Part shown: positions 14,143 through 22,469 of the stretch, one piece after another
Numbering within the stretch: the stretch's first letter is position 1
Layout: each line of letters opens with the position of its first letter
Made by a program: the position numbers and the translations under genes
The notes under the pieces: model-generated
Seen by the model: the letters and a program-made list of their open reading frames with translations, nothing else
Database searches by the model: none
What the model was told of the DNA's origin: nothing
Assembly: GCA_043741255.1 (NCBI GenBank)
Contig: JAYUAP010000146.1
Coordinates: forward strand, 1 to 24,000
DNA length: 24,000 bases
Reading direction: 5' to 3'
Source: Candidatus Saccharimonadota bacterium
GTDB lineage: Bacteria; Patescibacteriota; Saccharimonadia; Saccharimonadales; 2-12-FULL-41-12

Positions 14143-14511
14143 CTATTTTTTAGCATTATATAAATTAATATTGTACTCCGCAAGCTTTTTCATAATCATG
14201 GCCTTTTCGATTAAGAAGTAAACAAGGATGTCATTATACTTTTCGTGAATCTTTTCTATTTTAGGGAAAACGCCCATTTTAGAATCATTTCGGATATCCT
14301 CAGCGGATATAAGGTGTTTAAGGAGAAAGCCTTGTAAAACTTCTTCGGGTGACCTCCCTGACAACTCCGCGCCTCTTTCGAAGTTGTGAAAGGGGTTATT
14401 ATTTCGTCGGTACTCTTTACCCTTTTCGATTAAAAGGGTTCTTAGGCTTCTTAGCGTAGTTTCTATCTCGGCCTCAAATGCCGCTTCATCGTCAGTGATA
14501 ATTTCTTTCAT
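14143..14511 (-). CDS. hypothetical protein (122 aa)
   Basis: ATG-initiated ORF. The segment KGKEYRRNNNPFHNFERGAELSG...LLKHL weakly resembles small all-alpha nucleotide-pyrophosphohydrolase-like phage proteins (MazG/DUF1599-like). This is not verifiable here. Confidence 0.65.
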   Translation of the reverse strand: MKEIITDDEAAFEAEIETTLRSLRTLLIEKGKEYRRNNNPFHNFERGAELSGRSPEEVLQGFLLKHLISAEDIRNDSKMGVFPKIEKIHEKYNDILVYFLIEKAMIMKKLAEYNINLYNAKK

Positions 14512-14660
14512 AATCCGTTTTCTTTTTTATATATTTTTAAAATATCTTTCATCGGCATCCTGATATAAGAATTGTCAACTCCCGATTTGATGTATAATTT
14601 GGGGTAGCTCTGTTTTAGGAGCCAATTGCCAAAGAGCATTAATTTCTGATCGTCCGTCAT
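14508..14660 (-). CDS. small hypothetical protein (50 aa)
   Basis: MTDDQKLMLFGNWLLKQSYPKLYIKSGVDNSYIRMPMKDILKIYKKENGL. The ATG lies 5 nt after the primase stop, and its TGA overlaps the next ATG (ATGA). It is below the ORF-track cutoff. Confidence 0.5.
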   Translation of the reverse strand: MTDDQKLMLFGNWLLKQSYPKLYIKSGVDNSYIRMPMKDILKIYKKENGL

Positions 14661-14665
14661 AATTT

Positions 14666-17074
14666 CTATTTTTTACGTTGATAATATTTTTGTTTCCCAT
14701 ACTCGCCAAAATTGGCGGTAGTCGGCCTGTAGTCCCAATCCTCTAATGACTTCATAATGTCATTTATGTCACGTGTGAGGTATCGACTCATGTCCTCTTT
14801 GTTCTTGCCTAAGCACTCACACCAGATCTCAGCCATGCACACTTTATCGCGTTTAATACCTTTTCCATCGTTCTCAATATCGGTAAAATCTCTAAAATAC
14901 ATACGTCGTTCGTCGATACCCATATTCCTCCAATCTTTCGGCAATTCTCGCTCTAAATAGAACTCAATAACGCCTCTGCGGTCGTCAACCTCGCAATGGT
15001 CGCTCTGCTCCTGACCTGCTATCTGCTCGGCTTCTGCGCTGAGGTATAATTTCTCCCCCTTGTCGAATAGGTGTTTAGCCTCTGCCCATATTTGAGCTAC
15101 TTCGCCGTCAAGGTCTGTCCACACGTCTTTTAAAATGTCCTCTGACACAACGTCGATAGGCCAAAACCTCCTATTACCAGTAGCGTCAGTGAATAGGTCT
15201 CTTTTATTTGAAGAGGCTATGAATACATTCTGTCTTGGGAACGACTCTACGGCTCTCCCGTAAGCAGGTCTAAACGAATCGACCTGCTTAGATATATAAT
15301 GTTTAATCGCTTCGGCGTCTGCTTTTCTAAATCCCGACATTTCGGCAATTTCCATAAGCCACGCGCCTTGCAATTGTTCAAAGGCCTGGTTGCCATGTAC
15401 GGTCATAAAAGTATCGCTGTACCAGATCCCTCCTAGCTTATTCACAAATGAACTTTTCTTTGTGCCTTGCGGCCCTATAATGGTAAGAACTGAATCGTAT
15501 TTGCAACCAGGATTGTAGATTCTTGCTACTGCAGCTACAAGGCACTTGCGTATAACCTCGCGGGTGTAAATATTATCGGGTGTGCCGAAGTAATCGATAA
15601 GCAGGAAGTCTAAACGGCTTGTACCATCCCAGATAAGCCCGTTTAAAAAGTCTTTTATTGGATGAAAGGACTTTTTCTCAAACTCCATTGCGAGCGAGTC
15701 ATCTATTTTAGTTACTCCCGTAATGCCGTATATCGTTTCTAAATAATTCCTAACGCCTGAGTAGTCTACATTCTTTATCGGTTCGGGAGTTCTGAGCCTC
15801 CTCCACGGCAGAGTCTTAAAGATATATCTTTTATTATCGAATAGATTTTGTTTAAAACAATCCCTTAGTCTTGCATCATTTGATAAGATGAGGTTAATGT
15901 TGGGCGCACTAGAGAGGTACGCCCCTTTACTATCCGTGTCAAGCTCACTCATCCAGTCGATAGAGTCCTGATCGCCTTCTACGGCTTCGGGCCCCTCCTC
16001 GAAATCGTCGAAATCCTCTGCGAAATCATATCGTACTGCCTCCATAGTCTCAGCGGCAATAAGCTTCTTAACCTCTTTATCTTTTAAGGCCAGTGTCTCC
16101 ATCGCCGCAAAGCTTTTAGGCTTTGAGTTCGGCTGTGCATTCTCGTCGTCCAAATGCCCGTAAAGGTGCAAGCGAACTAAATCAAAGGCGTTTGAGGTTT
16201 TGCCGCTGCATGGATCTGTACCGTGATGCGAGAAGGCGAAGGTGTCCTCGTAGATAATAAGTCCTGCAGCTGTTGAGCCTTGGGTGTACGTATATCTATC
16301 CTCGTGTGCCGTTTCTACGTACTGCGCGCTCAAATACTTTTCGATCACTTCGGTAATTGAATAGGTGCGGCAAAATGCGCCGACTATACCGCGTTTCTCT
16401 CTTGGGTCTGCCTGCTTTTTCGCATTCTCTCCTAGCTCTCTGAGCATCTGCCCAGAAGTAGGCCAAAGGCTTGTATCAGTCCAGTCGATATACTCCCCAA
16501 GTACCTCATCGACATTAAGCCAAGGGCCGTCCTGCACCTCCATATAATAATCGATGTCTTTTGGCGTTGATGGCCAAAACATAAGCCTGTTAGTCTCAAA
16601 GGTTGTATTGTCAAATAGATCGATGCCCAAATCGCCCGCAACCTTTCGAGCTACTGCGGCGTACTCGTCCGGTGTAGCTTCTCGATCTAGCGGTATTAGC
16701 AGTCTGTAACGCGGCGTAGTCTTGGAGTGCTTATGCGTTCCGTGCAGGATCGCGGTATTGTCGAATTGTAGGGTGAAATCACTCCAAAAATCCATGTGCG
16801 CGAAATCCAAGTCAAGTGTCAAGAGTTGGCGGTGCATAACGTTTTTAGGGTTGCGGCGACCATTTCTAAGGTACCCGCCGACATATCCGCCGACATCCTT
16901 TATTTTACCCTGCTCCTGCTTGCTAAACGACATAAACTGTTTATAGGTTTCACGGGTTCTGGTATTATCGGCGATACGCTCCATAAACTTTGAGAATAGG
17001 ATCGATTCGTTTTTCCAAAGTTTAGAAGTCGCCGAGTTCCCAGTGGCTATTTGTATTTTTCCGTCGTATTGCAT
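14666..17074 (-). CDS. DNA primase/helicase, VirE (virulence-associated protein E)-type P-loop NTPase with an N-terminal primase-like domain
   Basis: 802 aa. Walker A IIGPQGTKKSSF and a Walker B-like WLMEIAEM. Size and position in the replication module match phage VirE/D5-like primase-helicases. Confidence 0.75.
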   Translation of the reverse strand: MQYDGKIQIATGNSATSKLWKNESILFSKFMERIADNTRTRETYKQFMSFSKQEQGKIKDVGGYVGGYLRNGRRNPKNVMHRQLLTLDLDFAHMDFWSDFTLQFDNTAILHGTHKHSKTTPRYRLLIPLDREATPDEYAAVARKVAGDLGIDLFDNTTFETNRLMFWPSTPKDIDYYMEVQDGPWLNVDEVLGEYIDWTDTSLWPTSGQMLRELGENAKKQADPREKRGIVGAFCRTYSITEVIEKYLSAQYVETAHEDRYTYTQGSTAAGLIIYEDTFAFSHHGTDPCSGKTSNAFDLVRLHLYGHLDDENAQPNSKPKSFAAMETLALKDKEVKKLIAAETMEAVRYDFAEDFDDFEEGPEAVEGDQDSIDWMSELDTDSKGAYLSSAPNINLILSNDARLRDCFKQNLFDNKRYIFKTLPWRRLRTPEPIKNVDYSGVRNYLETIYGITGVTKIDDSLAMEFEKKSFHPIKDFLNGLIWDGTSRLDFLLIDYFGTPDNIYTREVIRKCLVAAVARIYNPGCKYDSVLTIIGPQGTKKSSFVNKLGGIWYSDTFMTVHGNQAFEQLQGAWLMEIAEMSGFRKADAEAIKHYISKQVDSFRPAYGRAVESFPRQNVFIASSNKRDLFTDATGNRRFWPIDVVSEDILKDVWTDLDGEVAQIWAEAKHLFDKGEKLYLSAEAEQIAGQEQSDHCEVDDRRGVIEFYLERELPKDWRNMGIDERRMYFRDFTDIENDGKGIKRDKVCMAEIWCECLGKNKEDMSRYLTRDINDIMKSLEDWDYRPTTANFGEYGKQKYYQRKK

Positions 17075-17271
17075 AGTGCGGGGCTTTGGGCTAAATTTAT
17101 TTTATCGAATAATTCTTCTGGGGAATTTGTGTTGTAGTAATGTCGCTCATTGCTCCTAGTATATATCACACTTCTATTTTTCTGCGAACTTGAAGGAACT
17201 ATTCTCAATATGTCGTCTATTGGTATCACATAACTATCTTGGCCGCAATCGGCTTTTATAAATATCTGCAT
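17047..17271 (-). CDS. hypothetical protein (74 aa)
   Basis: ATG-initiated ORF that overlaps the primase start by 28 nt. Confidence 0.5.
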   Translation of the reverse strand: MQIFIKADCGQDSYVIPIDDILRIVPSSSQKNRSVIYTRSNERHYYNTNSPEELFDKINLAQSPALCNTTEKYK

Positions 17272-17275
17272 GGCT

Positions 17276-17752
17276 TTACAATTTATTAGGGCCGATAAAA
17301 ATTATTTTTCTTCTCTGCTTCTCTGCATATCGAATACAATTCTGTGTGCCTCCTTCCGTACCGTCGTATACGGCGATTAGCAAGTCGCAATTATCTACCA
17401 TCCATTGATTACGGGTCTGCATACACCAATTCGTAAAGGGTAATCGAGATATGTATATAGGCGTAGTGCGTATGTGTTTAATAATTGAATTGTACTCGTC
17501 TTTCGCCTTATCCGTCCAAAATTGAGACTGATTTCCGCAAGGGATTGCGGCGATGAGATTTATCTTTTGCTCTATGGCAATTTTAGCGAAAAGCGTATCG
17601 ATCCCAAGAGCCATACCGCTGATAAGTGTATCAGGTTCATGCTCTTTCAGTATCTCGATTATTATCTTTTTAATCTTAGCGATTAATGGACTCGTTAAGT
17701 CGTAATCATTTCCTAATTTGTTGGGTCTGTGGCCCGTTATAGCTATTTTCAT
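17276..17752 (-). CDS. YpsA-like SLOG-fold protein (DUF1273 family)
   Basis: MKIAITGHRPNKLG..., ISGMALGIDTLFA, IPCGNQSQFW...EY, NCDLLIAVYDGTEGGT. The order and spacing match Bacillus YpsA/DUF1273 proteins. Confidence 0.7.
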   Translation of the reverse strand: MKIAITGHRPNKLGNDYDLTSPLIAKIKKIIIEILKEHEPDTLISGMALGIDTLFAKIAIEQKINLIAAIPCGNQSQFWTDKAKDEYNSIIKHIRTTPIYISRLPFTNWCMQTRNQWMVDNCDLLIAVYDGTEGGTQNCIRYAEKQRRKIIFIGPNKL

Positions 17753-17773
17753 ATTAATTGGTTTTAATTGGTT

Positions 17774-19741
17774 TTAATCTTTTTTATAATAGGGTGTTGT
17801 AAATCCTGCGGCGGTAAGGTGCAAACCCTTAGCCCACCTAACGGGCTCGCTTAATATTCGGCATAGCTCCGATACGACAAACTCGGTCGATTTATTCTCA
17901 ATGTCACATGCGACTTCGTCGTGTACGTGCATTACAATATCAAAGCCCTTATCATCTGCTCGTCGCATACCGTCCGCTAGTATATCTCTCGCAATGGCTT
18001 GAATTACATTTTCCGAAATTTTTCCGCCGTAGGTATCCGTCCAGCCCCATTGTTTAGTCTCTTGATTCATACCTTGGTACTTTATACTTTCGCCGCCCCA
18101 TTTGTTTTTTGATAGTACTGGGCTTTGGTACACAAGTTTACGCCCCGAAGGCAATTCGATAGTTAGGCATTTATATTCGTACCTAAATGTAATTCCTTTC
18201 AGTTTTGAAACTACGGGCTTTCGAGTCTTAAGGGCTCTTAGTGCGCAATCCTCAAATTCGTACCACATTTTAACTATCTGAGGGGAGGCTTTACGCCATC
18301 TATCTACGATGTCTTTCATCATGTCCTCCGTCCATCCCATACGCTCCCCGCCCATGGTCTTAAGTGCTCCGACTGAACCGCCAAACCCTAGAGCCAATTC
18401 TGCTATTTTCCCCTTGTCTCGCTGCTCGCCTACTACTGAGTCAATTGGTACCTTGTACATCATAGCCGCAGAGGCTTCATAAATTTTCCCGTCTCCTGCG
18501 AAAATGTCTAGTCTCCATTGTTCGCCAGATAGCCATGCTGTTATTCTTGCCTCTATAGCTGAATAATCGGCAATTGCAAAGACATTCCCCTCTGAGGCGA
18601 CTAGCGCGGTACGGATCAACTGCGAAAGGACGTTCGGAATATTATCAAACATGATATTAAGCATTTCGTAGTCATTCGCCTTGACTAGATCACGGGCACA
18701 ATCCAGTAGTTTCATTTTGTTACGGGGCAAGTTTTGCAGCTGTACGGCTCTACCAGCCCAACGACCTGTGCGGTTTGCGCCGTAGAAATATAATAGCCCG
18801 TGAGCCGTAGCGTCTGACATGGCGTAATTAACCATTGCGTTATACTTCTTTGTTGAGGTGCTAGATCCGAGCTGTCTAAGTTTTAAAACCTCTACCGCAG
18901 CCCCGCTTTTATGCTCTTGTATTAAAGCACTAACGTTATCCTTTGCAAGTGATTTTACTTCTTGTTGCAGTGCGGAACTCAGCCACTTTGAGAGCTGGGC
19001 GGGACTATTCGGGTTTACGAGTCCTGTTAAGTCTTTAAGCTTGTCGATAACTCCAAGTTTGAAGCGATTATCTATCTCGATAGCGTTTTGAGCCATTTCT
19101 ACGTCGATATTGACCCCTCTATCGTTTATCTTTTGGTCTAAGATGTAATTAAGTCTTTCAGTCTCAGGGATTTCAAAATATTTCAATCGTTCGAGTAATT
19201 CCATTTCGGCGGCAACATCCTGCGCGCAATAATCCTTATATCTTTCCCACTTCTCGGGATCATGTCTCCGGAGGTTTCTAAATCTCTCTCCGTTCGTTTT
19301 AGTTGGCTTTACGAGGCAAGAGAAATAACGAATTAAGGATTTACCCTCTGCGCTTTTACCCTTATCCCCCATCTGTAGTGCTTTTGTTGCACCGTCTAAC
19401 GACATCGGAAGTCCACAATATCCTGCTTTTACGGCTGAACAGTGCCACTGCTCTGCGGGTATGTCGTAGCCAATAGCCTTAAAGGCGTTGCGCTCAAAGT
19501 TTGCATTATGGGCGTGCTTTTCGACTGTTGGATCTTGCAGTAATTTTAAAAACAATTTAGGTATTTCGCCGCCTTGGGCTAGATCGATAGTTCTTACCCC
19601 CCCTGTTGTTGTGTCGTTTTTAATACAGTAGCACAAAATCAGTATTTCAAAATCTGGACTCTCAAAGTATTTATAAGACCCGCAACTCGTTATGTCAACA
19701 CTCGAAAAAGTCTCGACGTCAATGTGTAATTCTACCGCCAT
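17774..19741 (-). CDS. family A DNA polymerase with N-terminal 3'-5' exonuclease domain
   Basis: From the ATG at 19741 (MAVELHIDVETFS): Exo I DVE, Exo II HNANFE, Exo III YCAQDV, pol motif A DYSAIEARI, motif B RDKGKIAELALGFGG, motif C HVHDEV. The track start at 19834 would translate through a tRNA-like element. Confidence 0.9.
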   Translation of the reverse strand: MAVELHIDVETFSSVDITSCGSYKYFESPDFEILILCYCIKNDTTTGGVRTIDLAQGGEIPKLFLKLLQDPTVEKHAHNANFERNAFKAIGYDIPAEQWHCSAVKAGYCGLPMSLDGATKALQMGDKGKSAEGKSLIRYFSCLVKPTKTNGERFRNLRRHDPEKWERYKDYCAQDVAAEMELLERLKYFEIPETERLNYILDQKINDRGVNIDVEMAQNAIEIDNRFKLGVIDKLKDLTGLVNPNSPAQLSKWLSSALQQEVKSLAKDNVSALIQEHKSGAAVEVLKLRQLGSSTSTKKYNAMVNYAMSDATAHGLLYFYGANRTGRWAGRAVQLQNLPRNKMKLLDCARDLVKANDYEMLNIMFDNIPNVLSQLIRTALVASEGNVFAIADYSAIEARITAWLSGEQWRLDIFAGDGKIYEASAAMMYKVPIDSVVGEQRDKGKIAELALGFGGSVGALKTMGGERMGWTEDMMKDIVDRWRKASPQIVKMWYEFEDCALRALKTRKPVVSKLKGITFRYEYKCLTIELPSGRKLVYQSPVLSKNKWGGESIKYQGMNQETKQWGWTDTYGGKISENVIQAIARDILADGMRRADDKGFDIVMHVHDEVACDIENKSTEFVVSELCRILSEPVRWAKGLHLTAAGFTTPYYKKD

Positions 19742-19758
19742 AATTTCTATAGTTTTTT

Positions 19759-19817
19759 GTGGGCGTACGGGATTCGAACCCATTCCTGCTGCCGTGCTCC
19801 CATTACACCACCGCCCT
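19759..19817 (-). ncRNA. tRNA-like element 1 (acceptor, D and T arms present; anticodon arm absent)
   Basis: The minus strand reads A GGGCGG UG GUGU AAUGGGA GCAC GGCAGCAGGA AUGGG UUCGAAU CCCGU ACGCCCA C. It has a canonical T arm and a 4-bp D stem with a GG-containing loop. The acceptor has 5 G-C pairs. Only 10 nt stand where about 22 nt (anticodon arm plus variable loop) are expected. Confidence 0.5.
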
Positions 19818-19985
19818 TTGCCTGATCGACTCATAGGCGAGAGTGTTTAAGTTTAACTGTCTTAAACAACGACATTTCTATTGCCTTGATCCAATGCGCA
19901 TGTCGAGGCGTATATGCGGCTACTTTATTTAAACTCGTGAACTTCGAGCATCGCTGTACCTGTTCCGTATTACTGAGAAGGGTTG

Positions 19986-20011
19986 CAAAAATTAAGAGAA
20001 ATTAATCTCTT
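19986..20011 (-). terminator. weak terminator-like hairpin after tRNA-like element 2
   Basis: The minus strand reads AAGAGA UUAAUU UCUCUU AAUUUUUG. The stem pairs 19994-19999 with 20006-20011 and is A/U-rich (6 bp). Confidence 0.35.
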
Positions 20012-20013
20012 TG

Positions 20014-20095
20014 TGGAAAAATTAGGATTCAAACCTAAATTTCTGGTATATTTTATTCCGCAGTTCGAGCGCTTTATCCGTTAAACCATTTTCCC
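20014..20095 (-). ncRNA. tRNA-like element 2 (82 nt; 7-bp acceptor stem with G3:U70 and A73, D and T arms, no canonical anticodon arm)
   Basis: The minus strand reads GGGAAAA UG GUUU AACGGAUA AAGC G CUCGAACUGCGGAAUAAAAUAUACCAGAAAU UUAGG UUUGAAU CCUAA UUUUUCC A. I tried every register of the 31-nt insert and found no 5-bp stem with a 7-nt loop. Confidence 0.5.
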
Positions 20096-20207
20096 GTTTA
20101 GCACACTTTTCTAGAGGTGTGCAAGCGCCATGTTTCTAATGTTCTCTTTATGCAAGACGTTGAGAGGTTTATCGCCTTATTTCTTGCTGCGGCTCATTAG
20201 TTTTAAT

Positions 20208-20753
20208 CTATAAATCGAATTCCTCTTCGTCGAGTTCATCGAAGACATCCTCAACTCTAACATTGGCAACGCCTAGAGGTTCGCCGTCGCTTACTTTTTG
20301 GATAGCCTCCAAGCTGGCTGTAATCCCCTTAGAGTCTTCTCTCCAGTAATAGTAGAATTCAATAGCTACATTTGCTATGCATCCGCTGTATACCTCGTCC
20401 TCGTCTGTAATTAAATTACGTCTCCTATCGACTATTTTAGGTTTTGTGGTTTTGGAGACATTTATGTAAAACCTATTCTCATAAATTTCATCGTCTTTGT
20501 CCTCGTCCCCGTCGTTAAATGAGTTTTTGATCTCTTTTTTAGGACGCTTACCTGCATATTTTTCGGTAATCATTTTTTCTTCTACCTCCTTAATTGCAGC
20601 CTTAATTTTAGCTACGGAAGCTTTGTCCGACTTATCGATTAGAAGTAAACATTTATACTTCGGTTTTTCGTCAGGTCGTTTCGGATCTGTGTAAGGTTTG
20701 AAAACACTTACATAACTTAATAGTGCTCTTACTGTAACTCTGGTCTCTGCCAT
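20208..20753 (-). CDS. single-stranded DNA-binding protein, DUF2815-type (T7 gp2.5-like) with acidic C-terminal tail
   Basis: 181 aa. N-terminus RVTVRALLSYVSVFKP and acidic tail DELDEEEFDL. It is encoded directly after the DUF2800-type nuclease, as in many phage replication modules. Confidence 0.6.
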   Translation of the reverse strand: MAETRVTVRALLSYVSVFKPYTDPKRPDEKPKYKCLLLIDKSDKASVAKIKAAIKEVEEKMITEKYAGKRPKKEIKNSFNDGDEDKDDEIYENRFYINVSKTTKPKIVDRRRNLITDEDEVYSGCIANVAIEFYYYWREDSKGITASLEAIQKVSDGEPLGVANVRVEDVFDELDEEEFDL

Positions 20754-20832
20754 AATAATTTTCTTTTTAAATTAGTGAATAGTTATCCTCGCCGATAAAA
20801 ATCAGCGGATTCAAATGTATTAAATTCTTTGA

Positions 20833-22053
20833 TTAGTTGAGGTCGAAATCGCCGCCCTCTTCGATAATTTCAGCGAAGTCCTTCTCTAATTGACCTGTGC
20901 CGTAAACGTCTCTTTTGTCATTCTCATCTACTAAAGTTGGTGCGCCTTGCGGCTTAACGATTAAATGCCCTAGCAGCTTTTCGAAATTAGCTTTTTTGAG
21001 TAATTTTTCTAAATCCCCCAGTCCTTTCAGTTTGAAGTTAACAAATTCCGCAGGTTCATATAGATTTTCCTCTAAAATCTCAATGGCTTTAAACTCGTCT
21101 GTCCATTGTCGATTAGATCTACCCTCTACAAGCTTGTAGCCCTGCCAAACTTTACCGTTTAGCGCCTCTTTTAAAACTGTCGCCTTTACGTCTTCAAGCC
21201 ACTTCTTAATGAAATCTGCATTATTGTAAATGCTTAAAAGCTCTTCGTCGTTAATTAGTCCAGGATCTGCAATCTCTTCGAAATCTCGCTTTACTATTTC
21301 CATCCCTAGATCGAATAAAGCTCTGCATTTCGCTCTAGCTTTACAGAATTGGCACCAATCGCCTGCTTTTTGTTTGCCATTACCTGTGAAAGCCTCTACT
21401 GCTTTAAGCTTTAATACGTCCTCCCCCCAAGCTCTAAGCTCTTTGGCTGAAATTTCCCAACTTGAGATGTTATCGAGTCTCGGTTGGACAATAGTTAAAG
21501 TCACTTTTGCAAATGTCGTTGTGCGTTCTGCGACCTTCATCGCTCCGCGACCGTAAGTCATGAGCTGCGTATTTTCAGTAGCGTAAACTGGCTTACCTTT
21601 GCCAAATTTAAGGTCTATGACCTCAATACCCCTATTGCAAACAATTATTGCGTCAGAGGTACCAAAACCGTCTTCGATCCATTCCGTGAGATCTAAGCGT
21701 TCCTCAATTAAAAGCTTTGCGTGAGGGTCAACTCTTTTAGCCTCTGCGAATTGTTGCTTAACGTAATTGACGTAAGCCATAATAGGCTCATCCATTTCTG
21801 AATTATAAAGCTCATTCGATTTCAAAGCGGTTAAATGCTTTTTATAATCTGCCATCGAGATAAGCTTCAAATCTACTCTAAGCATGATCTCGGCGAGTTC
21901 ATGCGCCAATGTGCCCTCTTCGGCGTAAACGCTTGTCTCGTTTTCGAAATTCTCTTCGAGTCTAGGCGATGCGGGACAATTGATCCAACGGTCTGAGCCA
22001 GAGGCGGAGAGAAGCGCGTGTGCCCTCTCCGCATGATTTACCTCAGCTTTCAA
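20833..22053 (-). CDS. PD-(D/E)XK nuclease, DUF2800 / Cas4-like
   Basis: N-terminal LSASGSDRWINCPAS, a D...E.K-type core (SDAIIVCNRGIEVIDLKFGKG), and a C-terminal Cys cluster CQFCKARAKC. The apparent start is TTG at 22053. Confidence 0.7.
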   Translation of the reverse strand: MKAEVNHAERAHALLSASGSDRWINCPASPRLEENFENETSVYAEEGTLAHELAEIMLRVDLKLISMADYKKHLTALKSNELYNSEMDEPIMAYVNYVKQQFAEAKRVDPHAKLLIEERLDLTEWIEDGFGTSDAIIVCNRGIEVIDLKFGKGKPVYATENTQLMTYGRGAMKVAERTTTFAKVTLTIVQPRLDNISSWEISAKELRAWGEDVLKLKAVEAFTGNGKQKAGDWCQFCKARAKCRALFDLGMEIVKRDFEEIADPGLINDEELLSIYNNADFIKKWLEDVKATVLKEALNGKVWQGYKLVEGRSNRQWTDEFKAIEILEENLYEPAEFVNFKLKGLGDLEKLLKKANFEKLLGHLIVKPQGAPTLVDENDKRDVYGTGQLEKDFAEIIEEGGDFDLN

Positions 22054-22055
22054 GG

Positions 22056-22469
22056 CTACTTTAATTTTGCTAAGAAATCGTAGTACTCTTGGAAGTGCTC
22101 AGGATCTAAGGTGCTGATGCCTTTTGCCCCTAGTTTTTTAAGTTTATCGATAATTGCATCACGGTGAGCAGTTACCTTTTTAGCCTGCATCAATTTGATG
22201 TCCTCAGCATCGACGCCTTCTTGCTCATCGGTCCCAGGATCTTCGGCATCCTCCCCTAATTCCATTTCGTACTCAGGCTCTTCTTCTTTTGGCTTAGCTC
22301 TAGAAGATCTCTTAGCTGGGGCTTTAACCGTTTCGGTTTTTACCTCTTCGGGTTCTATGACTTCGATATTTTTTACCTTTTTGTCGTCTTGGGCTAACTC
22401 CCCTAAGAATTTTTGAACTGCTCCAACGTTTGAAGCATCTACAGTAATCTCAATTTTAACTACACTCAT
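22056..22469 (-). CDS. hypothetical acidic protein (137 aa)
   Basis: The ATG overlaps the upstream TGA (ATGA). The central region is rich in Glu, Asp, Lys and Pro. Confidence 0.65.
   Translation of the reverse strand: MSVVKIEITVDASNVGAVQKFLGELAQDDKKVKNIEVIEPEEVKTETVKAPAKRSSRAKPKEEEPEYEMELGEDAEDPGTDEQEGVDAEDIKLMQAKKVTAHRDAIIDKLKKLGAKGISTLDPEHFQEYYDFLAKLK

Noticed and set aside
17756-17775. 10-bp tandem AATTGGTTTT x2 between the polymerase stop and the DUF1273 start
   Set aside because: There are only two copies in an AT-rich 21-nt gap that includes the polymerase stop codon. No further support for function.
19742-19834. N-terminal extension of the DNA polymerase ORF (MSRSGKGRWCNGSTAAGMGSNPVRPQKTIEI)
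   Set aside because: The extension is simply the translation of tRNA-like element 1. The conserved Exo I motif begins right after the internal ATG at 19741.
19759-20095. tRNA-like elements as attP cores or remnants of integration into a tRNA gene
   Set aside because: attP sites normally carry only the 3' part of a tRNA, whereas both 5' and 3' halves are present here. No integrase is visible in the window. The idea cannot be excluded without the rest of the genome.
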